Below, piece by piece: positions 10,298-19,605 of a DNA stretch of 64,000 nt. How positions within the stretch are numbered: the first letter of the stretch is position 1; each line of letters opens with the position of its first letter. The stretch lies in IMG/VR virus record IMGVR_UViG_3300032313_001465, positions 32,001 to 96,000 of that record; one strand, given 5' to 3'. Both the position numbers and the translations under genes were made by a program. Under the pieces are notes generated by a model. That model ran no database searches. It was not told where the DNA came from and worked only from the letters and a program-made list of their open reading frames with translations. This DNA comes from a virus.

Positions 10298-10329
10298 TTT
10301 GGCTTCCCAGGAAACCTGTATTATATTTA
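10298..10329 (+). promoter_or_regulatory. Bacteroidota-type -33/-7 promoter without GTCAT repeats
   Basis: TTTG-N20-TATATTTA upstream of DUF932 gene; similar sites at 42571-42602, 60762-60793 and about 39805-39835. Confidence 0.55.
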
Positions 10330-10366
10330 CTGCATAGGAAAAATTAATAAAATAAAAATTTTAAAA

Positions 10367-11167
10367 ATGTTAGACATCAACAACGGTCAATTTAAGACAC
10401 AAAACGAATTGAAAAAATTAGCCCCTTCAATTTTTACCAAAACGGGTTCGGATAGTACATCTGAAAAATACATTCACATTTCAACTGATAGAGTTATCCA
10501 AGATATGGAAACTTTGGGATGGGGTGTGGTGGATGCTAAGGAAGTAAAAGCCCGTAAACAAGTAGGGTTCCAAAAACACTTAGTTGTATTTAGAAACAAT
10601 GATATCATGGTTACAGGTAATGATGGAGATGTTGTATATCCACAAATCCTATTAACAAATTCTCATGATGGAAAAAATGCATTTACGTTTACTGCTGGAA
10701 TGTTCCGAATGATTTGTGAGAATGGTTTAGTGGTTTCTACTCAGGAATTTGAGAATATGAAGATCCGTCATTATGGTTACAATTTTGAAACATTACAAGG
10801 AACTATTAAAAACATTGTGGAAGCATTACCTTTAACAGTTGAATCTATGAATAGATTTAAGGGGATTGAACTTGAGCAAGAACAAGCCATTGAGTTTGCT
10901 AAACGTGCTGTTGGTTGTCGTTTTACTGAAGAAGAAATTGAAAATGTAAAAATTGATTGGGAGGATTTATTGACACCAACACGTCCCGAAGATCGTGGAA
11001 CCGATTTGTGGAGTGTATTTAATGTGGTTCAAGAGAAATTGGTACATGGTATGTTTAATTACAAGGCTGGTGGTAAGAATAGAAAAGCCCGTAAAATTAA
11101 GAACTTTAAACAAGATATAGTTTTAAATGAGAAACTTTGGGAAGTAGCTGAAGAATTTTGTAATTAG
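10367..11167 (+). CDS. DUF932 (TIGR03299-like) phage/plasmid protein
   Basis: NSHDG, GMFRMICENGL, RH, DLWSVFNVVQE. Confidence 0.85.
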   Translation: MLDINNGQFKTQNELKKLAPSIFTKTGSDSTSEKYIHISTDRVIQDMETLGWGVVDAKEVKARKQVGFQKHLVVFRNNDIMVTGNDGDVVYPQILLTNSHDGKNAFTFTAGMFRMICENGLVVSTQEFENMKIRHYGYNFETLQGTIKNIVEALPLTVESMNRFKGIELEQEQAIEFAKRAVGCRFTEEEIENVKIDWEDLLTPTRPEDRGTDLWSVFNVVQEKLVHGMFNYKAGGKNRKARKIKNFKQDIVLNEKLWEVAEEFCN

Positions 11168-11174
11168 AAATTAA

Positions 11175-11287
11175 TAACCTGTACCCTTGAAAAACTCGTA
11201 TTAGTAATGACAATACCCTGAGCGTGAGTATATAACCGTTGGTTAAAACATTATGAGATAAGCAGGTTAGTTCGAAATAAAAGGGTA
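11175..11287 (+). ncRNA. Candidate pseudoknotted ncRNA
   Basis: TAACCTGT/GCAGGTTA, CTCGTA/TATGAG, TAACC/GGTTA, TACCCT(T)/(A)AGGGTA. Confidence 0.35.
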
Positions 11288-11304
11288 AGAGAATAAGAAC
11301 AAAT

Positions 11305-11382
11305 GGTCAGGTATGGTAGACACAGTAGGGAGAGCCAAAGAGGTATCTACTAAAGTTACAGGTTCGATTCCTGTCCTGACTA
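11305..11382 (+). ncRNA. tRNA-framed RNA 1 (no canonical anticodon arm)
   Basis: GGTCAGG/CCTGACT acceptor, ACAGG-TTCGATT-CCTGT T-arm, GGTAGAC D-like segment, inner AGTAG/CTACT stem. Confidence 0.65.
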
Positions 11383-11397
11383 CAATAAAATAAAAGT

Positions 11398-11487
11398 ATG
11401 AATAAAGAAGAAAAACAACAGCATTTGATAGTTTGGGTCATAATAGGAATACCTTTATTAGCTTTACTTTATTGTTTATTAACATAA
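11398..11487 (+). CDS. 29-aa membrane peptide between two tRNA-framed RNAs
   Basis: MNKEEKQQHLIVWVIIGIPLLALLYCLLT*. Confidence 0.5.
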   Translation: MNKEEKQQHLIVWVIIGIPLLALLYCLLT

Positions 11488-11490
11488 CAT

Positions 11491-11594
11491 AGTCAGGTGG
11501 TGTAATAGAGGCAACACGTGGTTCGAGTCCACAATCTATCTAGTAACGATAGATGCTGATAGGAGCGATACAGGTTCGATTCCTGTCCTGACTA
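11491..11594 (+). ncRNA. tRNA-framed RNA 2 (three inner hairpins, extra T-arm-like hairpin)
   Basis: AGTCAGG/CCTGACT; D-arm GTGT/ACAC; GTGG-TTCGAGT-CCAC; TCTATC/GATAGA; GCT/AGC; T-arm ACAGG-TTCGATT-CCTGT. Confidence 0.7.
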
Positions 11595-11623
11595 CTAAAT
11601 TAAATAACTTAAAAAATAAAAAT

Positions 11624-11905
11624 ATGTTAAAAATCGAAGACAAACCAAATTACTTTCTTATAGTAACTCCTGGAGTATATGATGGTCATGAGTTTAATAT
11701 TCTTGACACGGATAAAGGATTATACATCATGTTTAAAGACTATTACGAAAAGGACCCACAATCATTCAATGATATCCAGGAAGAAATTAAAAGCCAGTAT
11801 TTAAACACTAGAGTATCAGGATTAGATGTTGGTTGTAAGTTTAATATGGCTGGTGGCTTTGAACAAGATATTTTTGAAGAATTTGTACGTTACAATGATA
11901 AATAG
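11624..11905 (+). CDS. Hypothetical protein
   Basis: ORF with A-rich leader. Confidence 0.6.
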   Translation: MLKIEDKPNYFLIVTPGVYDGHEFNILDTDKGLYIMFKDYYEKDPQSFNDIQEEIKSQYLNTRVSGLDVGCKFNMAGGFEQDIFEEFVRYNDK

Positions 11906-12191
11906 AGAATTTAGATTTTTAGATGCTCGTACTAGCGTTAGTGAGTTAGTAAAGGAGTCGGCTGTTAATTTCATGTATGGATTTATTGCTAACACAATCA
12001 CTGTGTTTGTAATTATGAAATATGATATTGCAGTGTTGATTAATTTTCTAATATATTATATGTTTGTGAGTATAGTTATTAATAGAGACAAGTATGAAAC
12101 CCGAGTAGGAAAATACATGATATTTCCAGCTGCCGCTGCATTAGGAGCATTTGTTGGATACAAATTAGCATTCTTTCTTTCACTAAAATAA
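11895..12191 (+). CDS. Membrane protein (about 3 TM)
   Basis: Hydrophobic segments; ATG at 11895 preferred. Confidence 0.6.
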   Translation: MINREFRFLDARTSVSELVKESAVNFMYGFIANTITVFVIMKYDIAVLINFLIYYMFVSIVINRDKYETRVGKYMIFPAAAALGAFVGYKLAFFLSLK

Positions 12192-12217
12192 TTTATTAAT
12201 ATTTATTATAAAATGAT

Positions 12218-12655
12218 ATGGTAAAATTAATAGATATCCTAAATGAAATAGGAGATGCTACATCCAAAAAGTATGATTGGAAGGAAGTTTATAATAATGG
12301 ATATATTGATGAACCAGATGGGGAATCTGAATATGAATTTAAAACCGATTCGGGTATTGAATATGGTGTTCAAATCCATAATATTGGGAAATATTTGGAT
12401 GTTGATTTTGTAGCTGATGGTACTTATGATGAAGTAAATAAAGGAGAGGTTTTTAGTGTGATGGCTACTATTGTCGATATTATAAAAAGCATAGTAGATA
12501 AAGGAGGAATTAAAGGAATTAGATATATAGCTAAATCCAAAGGGAATGATGCTGGTATTGCAAGAGATAGATTATATAGAATATATATTTCAAAACTATA
12601 CCCTAATGTCACTTTTCTACAACAAGGTGGAACAATATTCGCTACACTTAAATAA
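12218..12655 (+). CDS. Hypothetical protein with MVKLIDILNE leader (probable virion-internal)
   Basis: Leader shared with 62558 and 63316; ATATTTAT at 12199. Confidence 0.6.
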   Translation: MVKLIDILNEIGDATSKKYDWKEVYNNGYIDEPDGESEYEFKTDSGIEYGVQIHNIGKYLDVDFVADGTYDEVNKGEVFSVMATIVDIIKSIVDKGGIKGIRYIAKSKGNDAGIARDRLYRIYISKLYPNVTFLQQGGTIFATLK

Positions 12656-12667
12656 AATAAAATAAAA

Positions 12668-12946
12668 ATGCCAAGTTTTACAGAATACCAAGACGTTGAG
12701 ATGGAAATCGAAATCGATCCATCAGATTACTTAGATAGTTGCAGTGATGATGACATAGATGAACTAATTGAAGAATTAGTGGAAAGAGGTTTCATTAAGA
12801 ATAATGACATAATTGACCAATCAGCATTATCAAATAATCTTGATTTCGTTCAAAATATTATGAAATTAGCTAATCCATACAATCGTATGCTTCTAACAGT
12901 AGAAGAGGAGCAGATTTTGGAAAAAATGGCTAGTAGATTTTTATAA
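12668..12946 (+). CDS. Acidic hypothetical protein
   Basis: ORF track. Confidence 0.6.
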   Translation: MPSFTEYQDVEMEIEIDPSDYLDSCSDDDIDELIEELVERGFIKNNDIIDQSALSNNLDFVQNIMKLANPYNRMLLTVEEEQILEKMASRFL

Positions 12947-12952
12947 TACGAG

Positions 12953-13018
12953 ACCTCATAGCTGAGTCATACGAAATGGTTGGCAAATCCAAATAACGTT
13001 TGTATATTGATGTATAAT
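12953..13018 (+). promoter_or_regulatory. 66-bp early promoter element, copy 3
   Basis: Same spacing; precedes DNA ligase. Confidence 0.8.
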
Positions 13019-13033
13019 TAAAAAATAAAGGTT

Positions 13034-14107
13034 ATGAAATTATCAACACTGTATTCTAGGTCGGTAAACGGCAAGATAAATACATTTACAATTCACATTG
13101 AAGGAAACAAGTATTATACTGTAACTGGATTTTTAGATGGAGTTAAAACTCAATCCCTCCCAACAGTATGTAATGCCAAAACGTATTGTACTGCTGAAGA
13201 GCAAGCAATAAAAGAGGCCACAGCAATTCATCGAAAGAAAATGGAAAGCGGTTCATTTGAAAATGTTTCCGATATTGATAATGAGACATTTTTTGAACCG
13301 ATGCTCGCTCACGATTTCAATAAGGAAAAGCACAAAATCAAATATCCCCTTTATAGTCAACCGAAACTAGATGGTATCCGTTGTTTGGTGAAACGAGACG
13401 GAATGTGGTCAAGAACAGGCAAACCAATAATTTCAGCCCCACACATATTTGAAGCGTTAAAACCATTATTTGAAATTAATCCAAATCTTATATTTGATGG
13501 AGAGTTATATGCTGATAAATTTGCAACCGACTTTAACGCTATATGTTCCTTAGTAAAGAAAACAAAACCAACTCAGCAAGATTTAGAAGATAGTTCTAAA
13601 GCTATTGAATATCACATTTATGATTTACCAAGTTGTAGTGGTGTGTTTTCTGATAGATATGAAGTATTACTTGAATTAATTTTGCCAAAATGTTGTAAAT
13701 TAGTTGAAACCCGCATTGCTAATAATGAAACTGAACTAATGGCTTATTATGAGAACTATGTTGTTAACAACTATGAAGGACAAATGGTTCGTTTAAATAG
13801 CAAATATGAAAATAAAAGATCAAAGTCCTTACTTAAGCACAAGTCATTTATTGATGAAGAATATACAATTTTAGATATTGAAGAAGGAATTGGGAATAAA
13901 AGTGGGATGGTAGGAGCATTTGTATTTGAAAATAGAGATGGTAAACGCTTTAAAGCTAGTCCTAAATTTAATTGGGAAGAATGTACAAAAATGTGGAATA
14001 CAAAACACCAACTAATCGGAAAAACAGCAACAGTTAAATATTTCAACCTAACTCCAGATCATATACCGAGATTTGGATATGTGATTCAGGTAGATCGTTG
14101 GTATTAG
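13034..14107 (+). CDS. ATP-dependent DNA ligase
   Basis: EPMLA, QPKLDGIR, DGELY, YDL, YEGQMVR, KRSKSLLK, OB domain ending PRF. Confidence 0.95.
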   Translation: MKLSTLYSRSVNGKINTFTIHIEGNKYYTVTGFLDGVKTQSLPTVCNAKTYCTAEEQAIKEATAIHRKKMESGSFENVSDIDNETFFEPMLAHDFNKEKHKIKYPLYSQPKLDGIRCLVKRDGMWSRTGKPIISAPHIFEALKPLFEINPNLIFDGELYADKFATDFNAICSLVKKTKPTQQDLEDSSKAIEYHIYDLPSCSGVFSDRYEVLLELILPKCCKLVETRIANNETELMAYYENYVVNNYEGQMVRLNSKYENKRSKSLLKHKSFIDEEYTILDIEEGIGNKSGMVGAFVFENRDGKRFKASPKFNWEECTKMWNTKHQLIGKTATVKYFNLTPDHIPRFGYVIQVDRWY

Positions 14108-14111
14108 TAAA

Positions 14112-14177
14112 ACGTCATGTAAGTGTCATGCGAAAAATTTGGCAATCCTACACTTTGTTTGTATATTGATGTATAAT
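14112..14177 (+). promoter_or_regulatory. 66-bp early promoter element, copy 4
   Basis: ACGTCAT-N4-GTGTCAT...TTTGGC...TGTATATTGATGTATAAT. Confidence 0.85.
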
Positions 14178-14192
14178 TAAAAAATAAAGGTT

Positions 14193-14480
14193 ATGACAAA
14201 GAAAGAATTAAAAAATTTACAGTTAAAAAGCATATTTGCTGCTATTAAAGAAAATTATAATGTAACTTCTGATTTCGAAGATATGGAAGGACATGGATAT
14301 TTCACATTTCAAATTACAGTAGATGGTGTACAATATGCTTTTGATTTAAGCAGAAATGACTTTAGTGTTATAGGATATAAGCTAAAGGGAGATATAGATT
14401 TTACAGAACAAAGGATTCTTGAAACTGAAATAGAACATCTAATTGAACAAACATTAAATAATATTTTTAAATATAAATAA
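14193..14480 (+). CDS. Hypothetical protein
   Basis: Behind promoter copy 4. Confidence 0.65.
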   Translation: MTKKELKNLQLKSIFAAIKENYNVTSDFEDMEGHGYFTFQITVDGVQYAFDLSRNDFSVIGYKLKGDIDFTEQRILETEIEHLIEQTLNNIFKYK

Positions 14481-14481
14481 A

Positions 14482-14703
14482 ATGATAGTAGATAAGAAAA
14501 AACGAGTAAAAAGTAAGTTGGAGCTTGACCTGTCGGGGCCGGAAGGTAATGCGTTTGTGTTGATGGGCATTGCTCAAAGATGGGCGAAGGAATTGGGATT
14601 GGATAGTAAAGCAGTTATTGCTGACATGATGAGTGGTGACTATGAGCATTTACTTTCAGTAATGGAGAAACATTTTGGTGATCACATTATAATGTATAGA
14701 TAA
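14482..14703 (+). CDS. Conserved-looking phage hypothetical protein
   Basis: DLSGPEGNAF...MMSGDYEHL motif. Confidence 0.7.
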   Translation: MIVDKKKRVKSKLELDLSGPEGNAFVLMGIAQRWAKELGLDSKAVIADMMSGDYEHLLSVMEKHFGDHIIMYR

Positions 14704-14704
14704 T

Positions 14705-14860
14705 ATGAAATTTAAGTATAGATTAGCAGTAATAGTTTTAGTGGTGCCTTGCTTATTAATTGATACAATTACCTTACCTATTTTGTTTGTGAATTGGATA
14801 ATAACAGGACATATATTTTCATCTTTCACTCAAGAAATATTAGAACAACATGAGAAATAG
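14705..14860 (+). CDS. 51-aa membrane protein
   Basis: MKFKYRLAVIVLVVPCLLID...; not in ORF track. Confidence 0.45.
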   Translation: MKFKYRLAVIVLVVPCLLIDTITLPILFVNWIITGHIFSSFTQEILEQHEK

Positions 14861-15047
14861 TATGACAGCAGTAGAATGGTTGAAAGAGCAATATTATCAA
14901 TCAGAAGGGAAATTAACAAGGCATGACTTTGAACAAGCCAAGCAAATGGAGAAGGAACAACTAGAAAATGCTTGGTATGCTGGAGATGAAGATGGAGCTA
15001 TACATGAATTCGAATATTATTACAACGAAACTTTTAAAAAAGACTAA
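14850..15047 (+). CDS. TAVEWL/MEKEQ/YYNETF family protein
   Basis: Paralogous motifs with 15049, 15539, 35413. Confidence 0.7.
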   Translation: MRNSMTAVEWLKEQYYQSEGKLTRHDFEQAKQMEKEQLENAWYAGDEDGAIHEFEYYYNETFKKD

Positions 15048-15048
15048 A

Positions 15049-15531
15049 ATGGCACAAACAGCAGTAGAAAACATAATCGAAAAACTTAAAGAACAAATAA
15101 GAAAATCTGCTCACAACAAATTAGGAACTAATAGAACTGGAGATTATCGAATTGGATTAATTAAAGCAATAGATCTTTGTAATCAAGCCAAAGAAATGGA
15201 GAAGGAGCAGATGATGAATGCTTGGGCAAAAGGTGTTACAAGTGAAAATAATGTAACAGCAGAACAATACTACAATCAAACATTTAAAAAAGATCAAGCC
15301 AAAGAAATGGAAAAAGACACTGTGAAAGCGAAAGAAGAAACACTAGCAGCTGAAATAAGTTTAAGAATTGATGGAGTATTAACACGATTCATTCACGAAG
15401 ATGAATATAAATCCATAATAGATGCTTATGAAAAAGAAGTAAAGGAATTACATGATAGAATTAGGAATCAATCTAAAATAATAAAGGATTCGATGGATGT
15501 ATTAGGTAAAATCAATAGCTTAATAAAATAA
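15049..15531 (+). CDS. TAVE/MEKEQ/YYNQTF family protein with C-terminal extension
   Basis: ATG 15049 preferred; internal QAKEMEK duplication. Confidence 0.7.
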   Translation: MAQTAVENIIEKLKEQIRKSAHNKLGTNRTGDYRIGLIKAIDLCNQAKEMEKEQMMNAWAKGVTSENNVTAEQYYNQTFKKDQAKEMEKDTVKAKEETLAAEISLRIDGVLTRFIHEDEYKSIIDAYEKEVKELHDRIRNQSKIIKDSMDVLGKINSLIK

Positions 15532-15538
15532 AATAAAA

Positions 15539-15769
15539 ATGGAAAAGACACAAACAGCAATTGAAAGCCTAATCGAAAAAATACAACCTCTTATTGATAG
15601 AAGCAAAATAAGCGACACTATGCTTTATAGTTTAGTTGAGGAGCATTTAGAAATGGAAAAAGAACAGGTAATAGATGCTTTTGTAGATAGCAGAATTTTA
15701 TCTATTGCTAATAATTGCAGTAGCGGAGAACAATACTACAACGAAACTTATAAACAACAAGATAAATGA
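15539..15769 (+). CDS. TAIE/MEKEQ/YYNETY family protein
   Basis: Paralogous motifs. Confidence 0.7.
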   Translation: MEKTQTAIESLIEKIQPLIDRSKISDTMLYSLVEEHLEMEKEQVIDAFVDSRILSIANNCSSGEQYYNETYKQQDK

Positions 15770-16500
15770 AAATTTGGCATATAAGCGACACGCACACCTA
15801 CCATGACTTACTACAAGTTCCTGAAGGAATAGATATGGTAATACACTCAGGTGATTGTAGCAATCCTAGAGACCCATACGCTAATGAATCCGAAGTGAGA
15901 TGTTTTTTAACTTGGTTCTATTCATTAAATATCAAGTATAAAATATACGTTGCTGGTAATCATGATTCAAGCATTGAGAAAGGATTGGTTGATAAGCAAA
16001 CCTTTGATGATTTAGGTATAGTGTATCTTGAGAATGATTACGTTATAATTGAAGGTATAAAAATATGGGGTTCGCCATATACACCTACTTTTGGTCATTG
16101 GTGTTTTATGAAAGCAAGAGATAAGATTAGTAGAGTATGGGAGCACATTCCTGACGACACTGATGTTATTATAACACACGGACCACCTAAAGGAATACTC
16201 GACTTTTCGTATAGTATAGATGGTATGTTTGAAAGATGTGGTTGTAGTGCTTTGATGAAAAGAGTAATTAAGGTACAACCTACATTGTGTTTATTTGGTC
16301 ACATCCACAATTGTGAAGACATCATTAATGCAGGTACTGTGAAGCTTTCAAATTACAAGACCATTTTTAGTAATGGAAGTGTGGTTACTGATGGAAAGTT
16401 TGGTAGATTGAGTAGTAACGGAAATATTTTAGAAATAACAACACCATATGTTTCAGATGACTTTCAAATTGGACCTGATGGTGCTTATGAACATATTTAA
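15766..16500 (+). CDS. Calcineurin-like metallophosphoesterase
   Basis: SDTH, HSGD, AGNHD, THGPP, GHIH. Confidence 0.9.
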   Translation: MKIWHISDTHTYHDLLQVPEGIDMVIHSGDCSNPRDPYANESEVRCFLTWFYSLNIKYKIYVAGNHDSSIEKGLVDKQTFDDLGIVYLENDYVIIEGIKIWGSPYTPTFGHWCFMKARDKISRVWEHIPDDTDVIITHGPPKGILDFSYSIDGMFERCGCSALMKRVIKVQPTLCLFGHIHNCEDIINAGTVKLSNYKTIFSNGSVVTDGKFGRLSSNGNILEITTPYVSDDFQIGPDGAYEHI

Positions 16501-16587
16501 AAAATTAACAAATGAAAGTACTAATAGTAATAATTGCATGGGAATTAAGTAAATGGATTGTAAATAAAATTTTTAATAAATACTTCA

Positions 16588-17048
16588 ATGACTAAAGGAA
16601 CACTTAAAAAAACAAAAGCAGGTTGGATAGTAATCTATGATGAGATTCTTGGAGAAAACATTGTAAAGAAAAATCAAAACTCATTACCACTACATCCAGA
16701 AGATGTAGAAAAGTTTAAATTATTATCCGAAATGTTTGATAATTTTGAAGCAAGAGTTAATGATGATCCCGAAGTAGAATTTGAAATTATCGATAACACA
16801 GCTAAACTAATACACAACATATGATGTACAGAATTAAAATAGATTACTATAACAAACAAAAAGAAACTTATACGCCACAGGTAAAAGGACTTTTATTTTG
16901 GAGCAATTTAGATACTACAGGGGAAATTTCATGGTTAGGTGGTGGATACTACAATAAAGACTTAGCACTTGGTGCTATTAATAAACACGATTTTAAATAT
17001 GGGAAACCTAGATCTTCTAAAATAGAATATATAAATTTAACAAATTAA
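16588..17048 (+). CDS. Two hypothetical proteins (16588-16824, 16821-17048)
   Basis: Coupled ORFs. Confidence 0.55.
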
Positions 17049-17060
17049 AATAAACAAGTT

Positions 17061-17591
17061 ATGATATATTATTATTCAAAACAAGAATTAACAATGAAAA
17101 AGGTGTCTATACTGAATTATGTATGGGCACTATTGATTATACTACTTGTAGGTAGTTCCTTAGGATTCAGCGGAGCCATCAAAGTGAATGATTTCATAGA
17201 AAAGGTACCCGTTATAATAAGACCTAATCAAGAGGTGTTAAACGAAAAGAACCTAAGAAACGAAATTAAAAAGCTAAATTTAAAGTATGAAGACGTTATT
17301 GTAGCCCAATACAAAATTGAGTCTAATGAAGGTAAATCTCATATTTACTTGGAAAACCATAACTTTTTAGGCTTAAAAGAAGCTAAGTTAAGACCAACTA
17401 CTGCTTTAGGGACCAACCTTGGTCACGCTTATTATGATAGGTGGGAATCGTGTCTAATTGACTATAGTTTATGGCAATTATCCAACACTAGAGGCATTAA
17501 TTCGCAGGAAGAATACATTCAGTTGTTAGGTTCAATGTATGCTGAAGACGATTCGTACATGAACAAAATCTACAAGATATTAAATAAATAA
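17061..17591 (+). CDS. Membrane-anchored glucosaminidase (GH73-like) cell-wall hydrolase
   Basis: N-terminal TM; AQxxIES, NxLGLK, YAED..Y. Confidence 0.7.
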   Translation: MIYYYSKQELTMKKVSILNYVWALLIILLVGSSLGFSGAIKVNDFIEKVPVIIRPNQEVLNEKNLRNEIKKLNLKYEDVIVAQYKIESNEGKSHIYLENHNFLGLKEAKLRPTTALGTNLGHAYYDRWESCLIDYSLWQLSNTRGINSQEEYIQLLGSMYAEDDSYMNKIYKILNK

Positions 17592-17592
17592 G

Positions 17593-17658
17593 GCGTCATG
17601 TAAATGTCATGCGAAAAATTTGGTAATTCCATATTTTATTCGTATATTGATGAATAAT
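17593..17658 (+). promoter_or_regulatory. 66-bp early promoter element, copy 5
   Basis: GCGTCAT-N4-ATGTCAT...TTTGG...TCGTATATTGA; upstream of the RNA-repair genes. Confidence 0.85.
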
Positions 17659-17672
17659 AAAAACGTAGAAAT

Positions 17673-17924
17673 ATGAAAGCATATCAAGTATTTAGAGGAG
17701 AAGAAAATAAACATGGATTTCAAGTCTATGATTTAGTTGCTACGTATTTTGATAAAGAAAGGGCATTACAACAATGTGAGCAAATAGTAGCAGAAGAACA
17801 AATATCATCAGGAGATATTTTACAGGAATATGAATCTCATGGAGGTAAATATAAAAGTTGGAATGCTGTAGGTTGGGATATAGTTACCATTGCCCAACTC
17901 AGAGAAATAGAAATAACAAAATAA
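17673..17924 (+). CDS. Hypothetical protein
   Basis: Behind promoter copy 5. Confidence 0.65.
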   Translation: MKAYQVFRGEENKHGFQVYDLVATYFDKERALQQCEQIVAEEQISSGDILQEYESHGGKYKSWNAVGWDIVTIAQLREIEITK

Positions 17925-17938
17925 CAATAACAATTAAA

Positions 17939-18283
17939 ATGAAAAATCAAGAAACAATTGCACAGCAATTAAAAGTAAAAGAATTCCCATTTGTAATTAG
18001 GGATTCTAAAGGTAATAAAATTTATTGGGAAAACAGTGTTGGGTTATGGTACAAATATGAATATGATTCCAAAAATAATGAAACACATTGGGAATCCAGT
18101 AGTGGATATTGGGAAAGTAGAGAATATGATTCTAAGGGTCTCTGTGTTTATTTCGAAACCAGTAATGGTGTAGTTTTGGATGTTAGAATATTATTACCTA
18201 GAAAAGAAAATGTAGAATTAACTATGGATGAGATAGCAACTAAATTTGGGGTTGATGTAAACCTTTTAAAAATTAAAAAATAA
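17939..18283 (+). CDS. Protein with EYDSKG/N repeats
   Basis: Three 23-aa DSKxN..YxExSxGxW units; C-terminal ELTMDEIA. Confidence 0.65.
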   Translation: MKNQETIAQQLKVKEFPFVIRDSKGNKIYWENSVGLWYKYEYDSKNNETHWESSSGYWESREYDSKGLCVYFETSNGVVLDVRILLPRKENVELTMDEIATKFGVDVNLLKIKK

Positions 18284-18285
18284 CA

Positions 18286-19605
18286 ATGTTAAATAATCAA
18301 TCAGAGAACCCAAACTATAGAGCTAAAATAGTTCAACTAAGTAATGGTAAGAAACACAGTAATGCAGACAAATTAATGTGTTGGAATATAGATTTCCAAA
18401 ACGTTATCACCAATCTCGACTATAAGGATGGTGATGTAGTAGTCTACTTTCCTGTAGAGTGTACTATAAACAAGGATTTAATCAGTTATATTGATGGATT
18501 TGAGGACACAACTAAAAACAATAACCCTGAATATAAAGGATTTTTCAATAAACATGCTAGAGTTAGAGCCATTTCATTAAGGGGAGAAAAATCTCAAGGG
18601 TTTGTTTTAAAATCATCCATATTTGAAAATTGGTTGAAACTTGATCTCACAACAATGTATGACTATATTGGTCAAGAGTTTGATAGTGTTATGATAGGAC
18701 ATAACAATATTTCTATTTGTAGAAAATATGTTCCTGTTACACAATCTAAAGGTACTCAACCAAATAAAGGAAAACAACCAGTTTCTAGAATATCTAGATT
18801 AGTAGAAAATCAGTTTAGATTACACAACGATACTTCTAACTTGAGGAAAAATATTGATAAAATATATCCAGACGATATCATTAGTATACATTATAAGAAA
18901 CATGGTACTTCATTTGTAGTTGGAAATGTTTTGTGTAATAGGAAGCTAACATGGTATGAAAAACTAATTAAAAAACTGGGAATCAACGTTTCATCTACTG
19001 AGTACGATATCATATATTCTTCAAGAAGAGTTGTTAAAAACCAGTATGAAACTAGAGGTGCCACTTCATATTATGAGGAAGATATTTGGGGAATTGTTAA
19101 AGAGGAAATTAAAGACAAAATACCTAAAGGAATTACTTTATATGGTGAAATTGTTGGATTTTTACCAAATGGTGGTGAAATTCAAAAGGGTTATGATTAT
19201 GGGTGTAAACCAAATGAACATAATACCTATATTTACAGAATAACTTTTACTAACGAAAATGGTGATGTGTTTGAATTCACAGATAAACAAATTGAGGAAT
19301 TTTGTAAAAAGTATGATTTGTTGTATAGCGATACATTCTTTTATTATGGAAAAGCTAGACATTATTATAATGATATGATAATAGATTTACAATCTTGGAG
19401 AGAAGGTCTTTTAAGATATTTAGAAAAACAATACAACGAAAAAGATTGCTCGATGTGTACCAATAAAGTACCAGAAGAAGGTATTATCGTTAGAGTAGAA
19501 AAGCTATACGAATATGAAGCATATAAATTAAAAAGTGCTAGATTCTTGGAATGGGAAACAAAACAACTAGATTCAGAAGAAACAAATATTGAAGACAATG
19601 CCTAA
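18286..19605 (+). CDS. ATP-dependent RNA ligase (DRB0094-like, N-terminal OB/tRNA-binding domain)
   Basis: HSNADKL, LRGEKSQG, KKHGTS (motif I), YGEIVG, EEGIIVR, KLKSARF. Confidence 0.85.
   Translation: MLNNQSENPNYRAKIVQLSNGKKHSNADKLMCWNIDFQNVITNLDYKDGDVVVYFPVECTINKDLISYIDGFEDTTKNNNPEYKGFFNKHARVRAISLRGEKSQGFVLKSSIFENWLKLDLTTMYDYIGQEFDSVMIGHNNISICRKYVPVTQSKGTQPNKGKQPVSRISRLVENQFRLHNDTSNLRKNIDKIYPDDIISIHYKKHGTSFVVGNVLCNRKLTWYEKLIKKLGINVSSTEYDIIYSSRRVVKNQYETRGATSYYEEDIWGIVKEEIKDKIPKGITLYGEIVGFLPNGGEIQKGYDYGCKPNEHNTYIYRITFTNENGDVFEFTDKQIEEFCKKYDLLYSDTFFYYGKARHYYNDMIIDLQSWREGLLRYLEKQYNEKDCSMCTNKVPEEGIIVRVEKLYEYEAYKLKSARFLEWETKQLDSEETNIEDNA

Noticed and set aside
11175-11287. HDV-like/theta ribozyme call
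   Set aside because: Crossing helix order is similar, but I could not place P3, P1.1 or the catalytic J4/2, and it lies upstream rather than at a tRNA 3' end; kept only as an unknown RNA.
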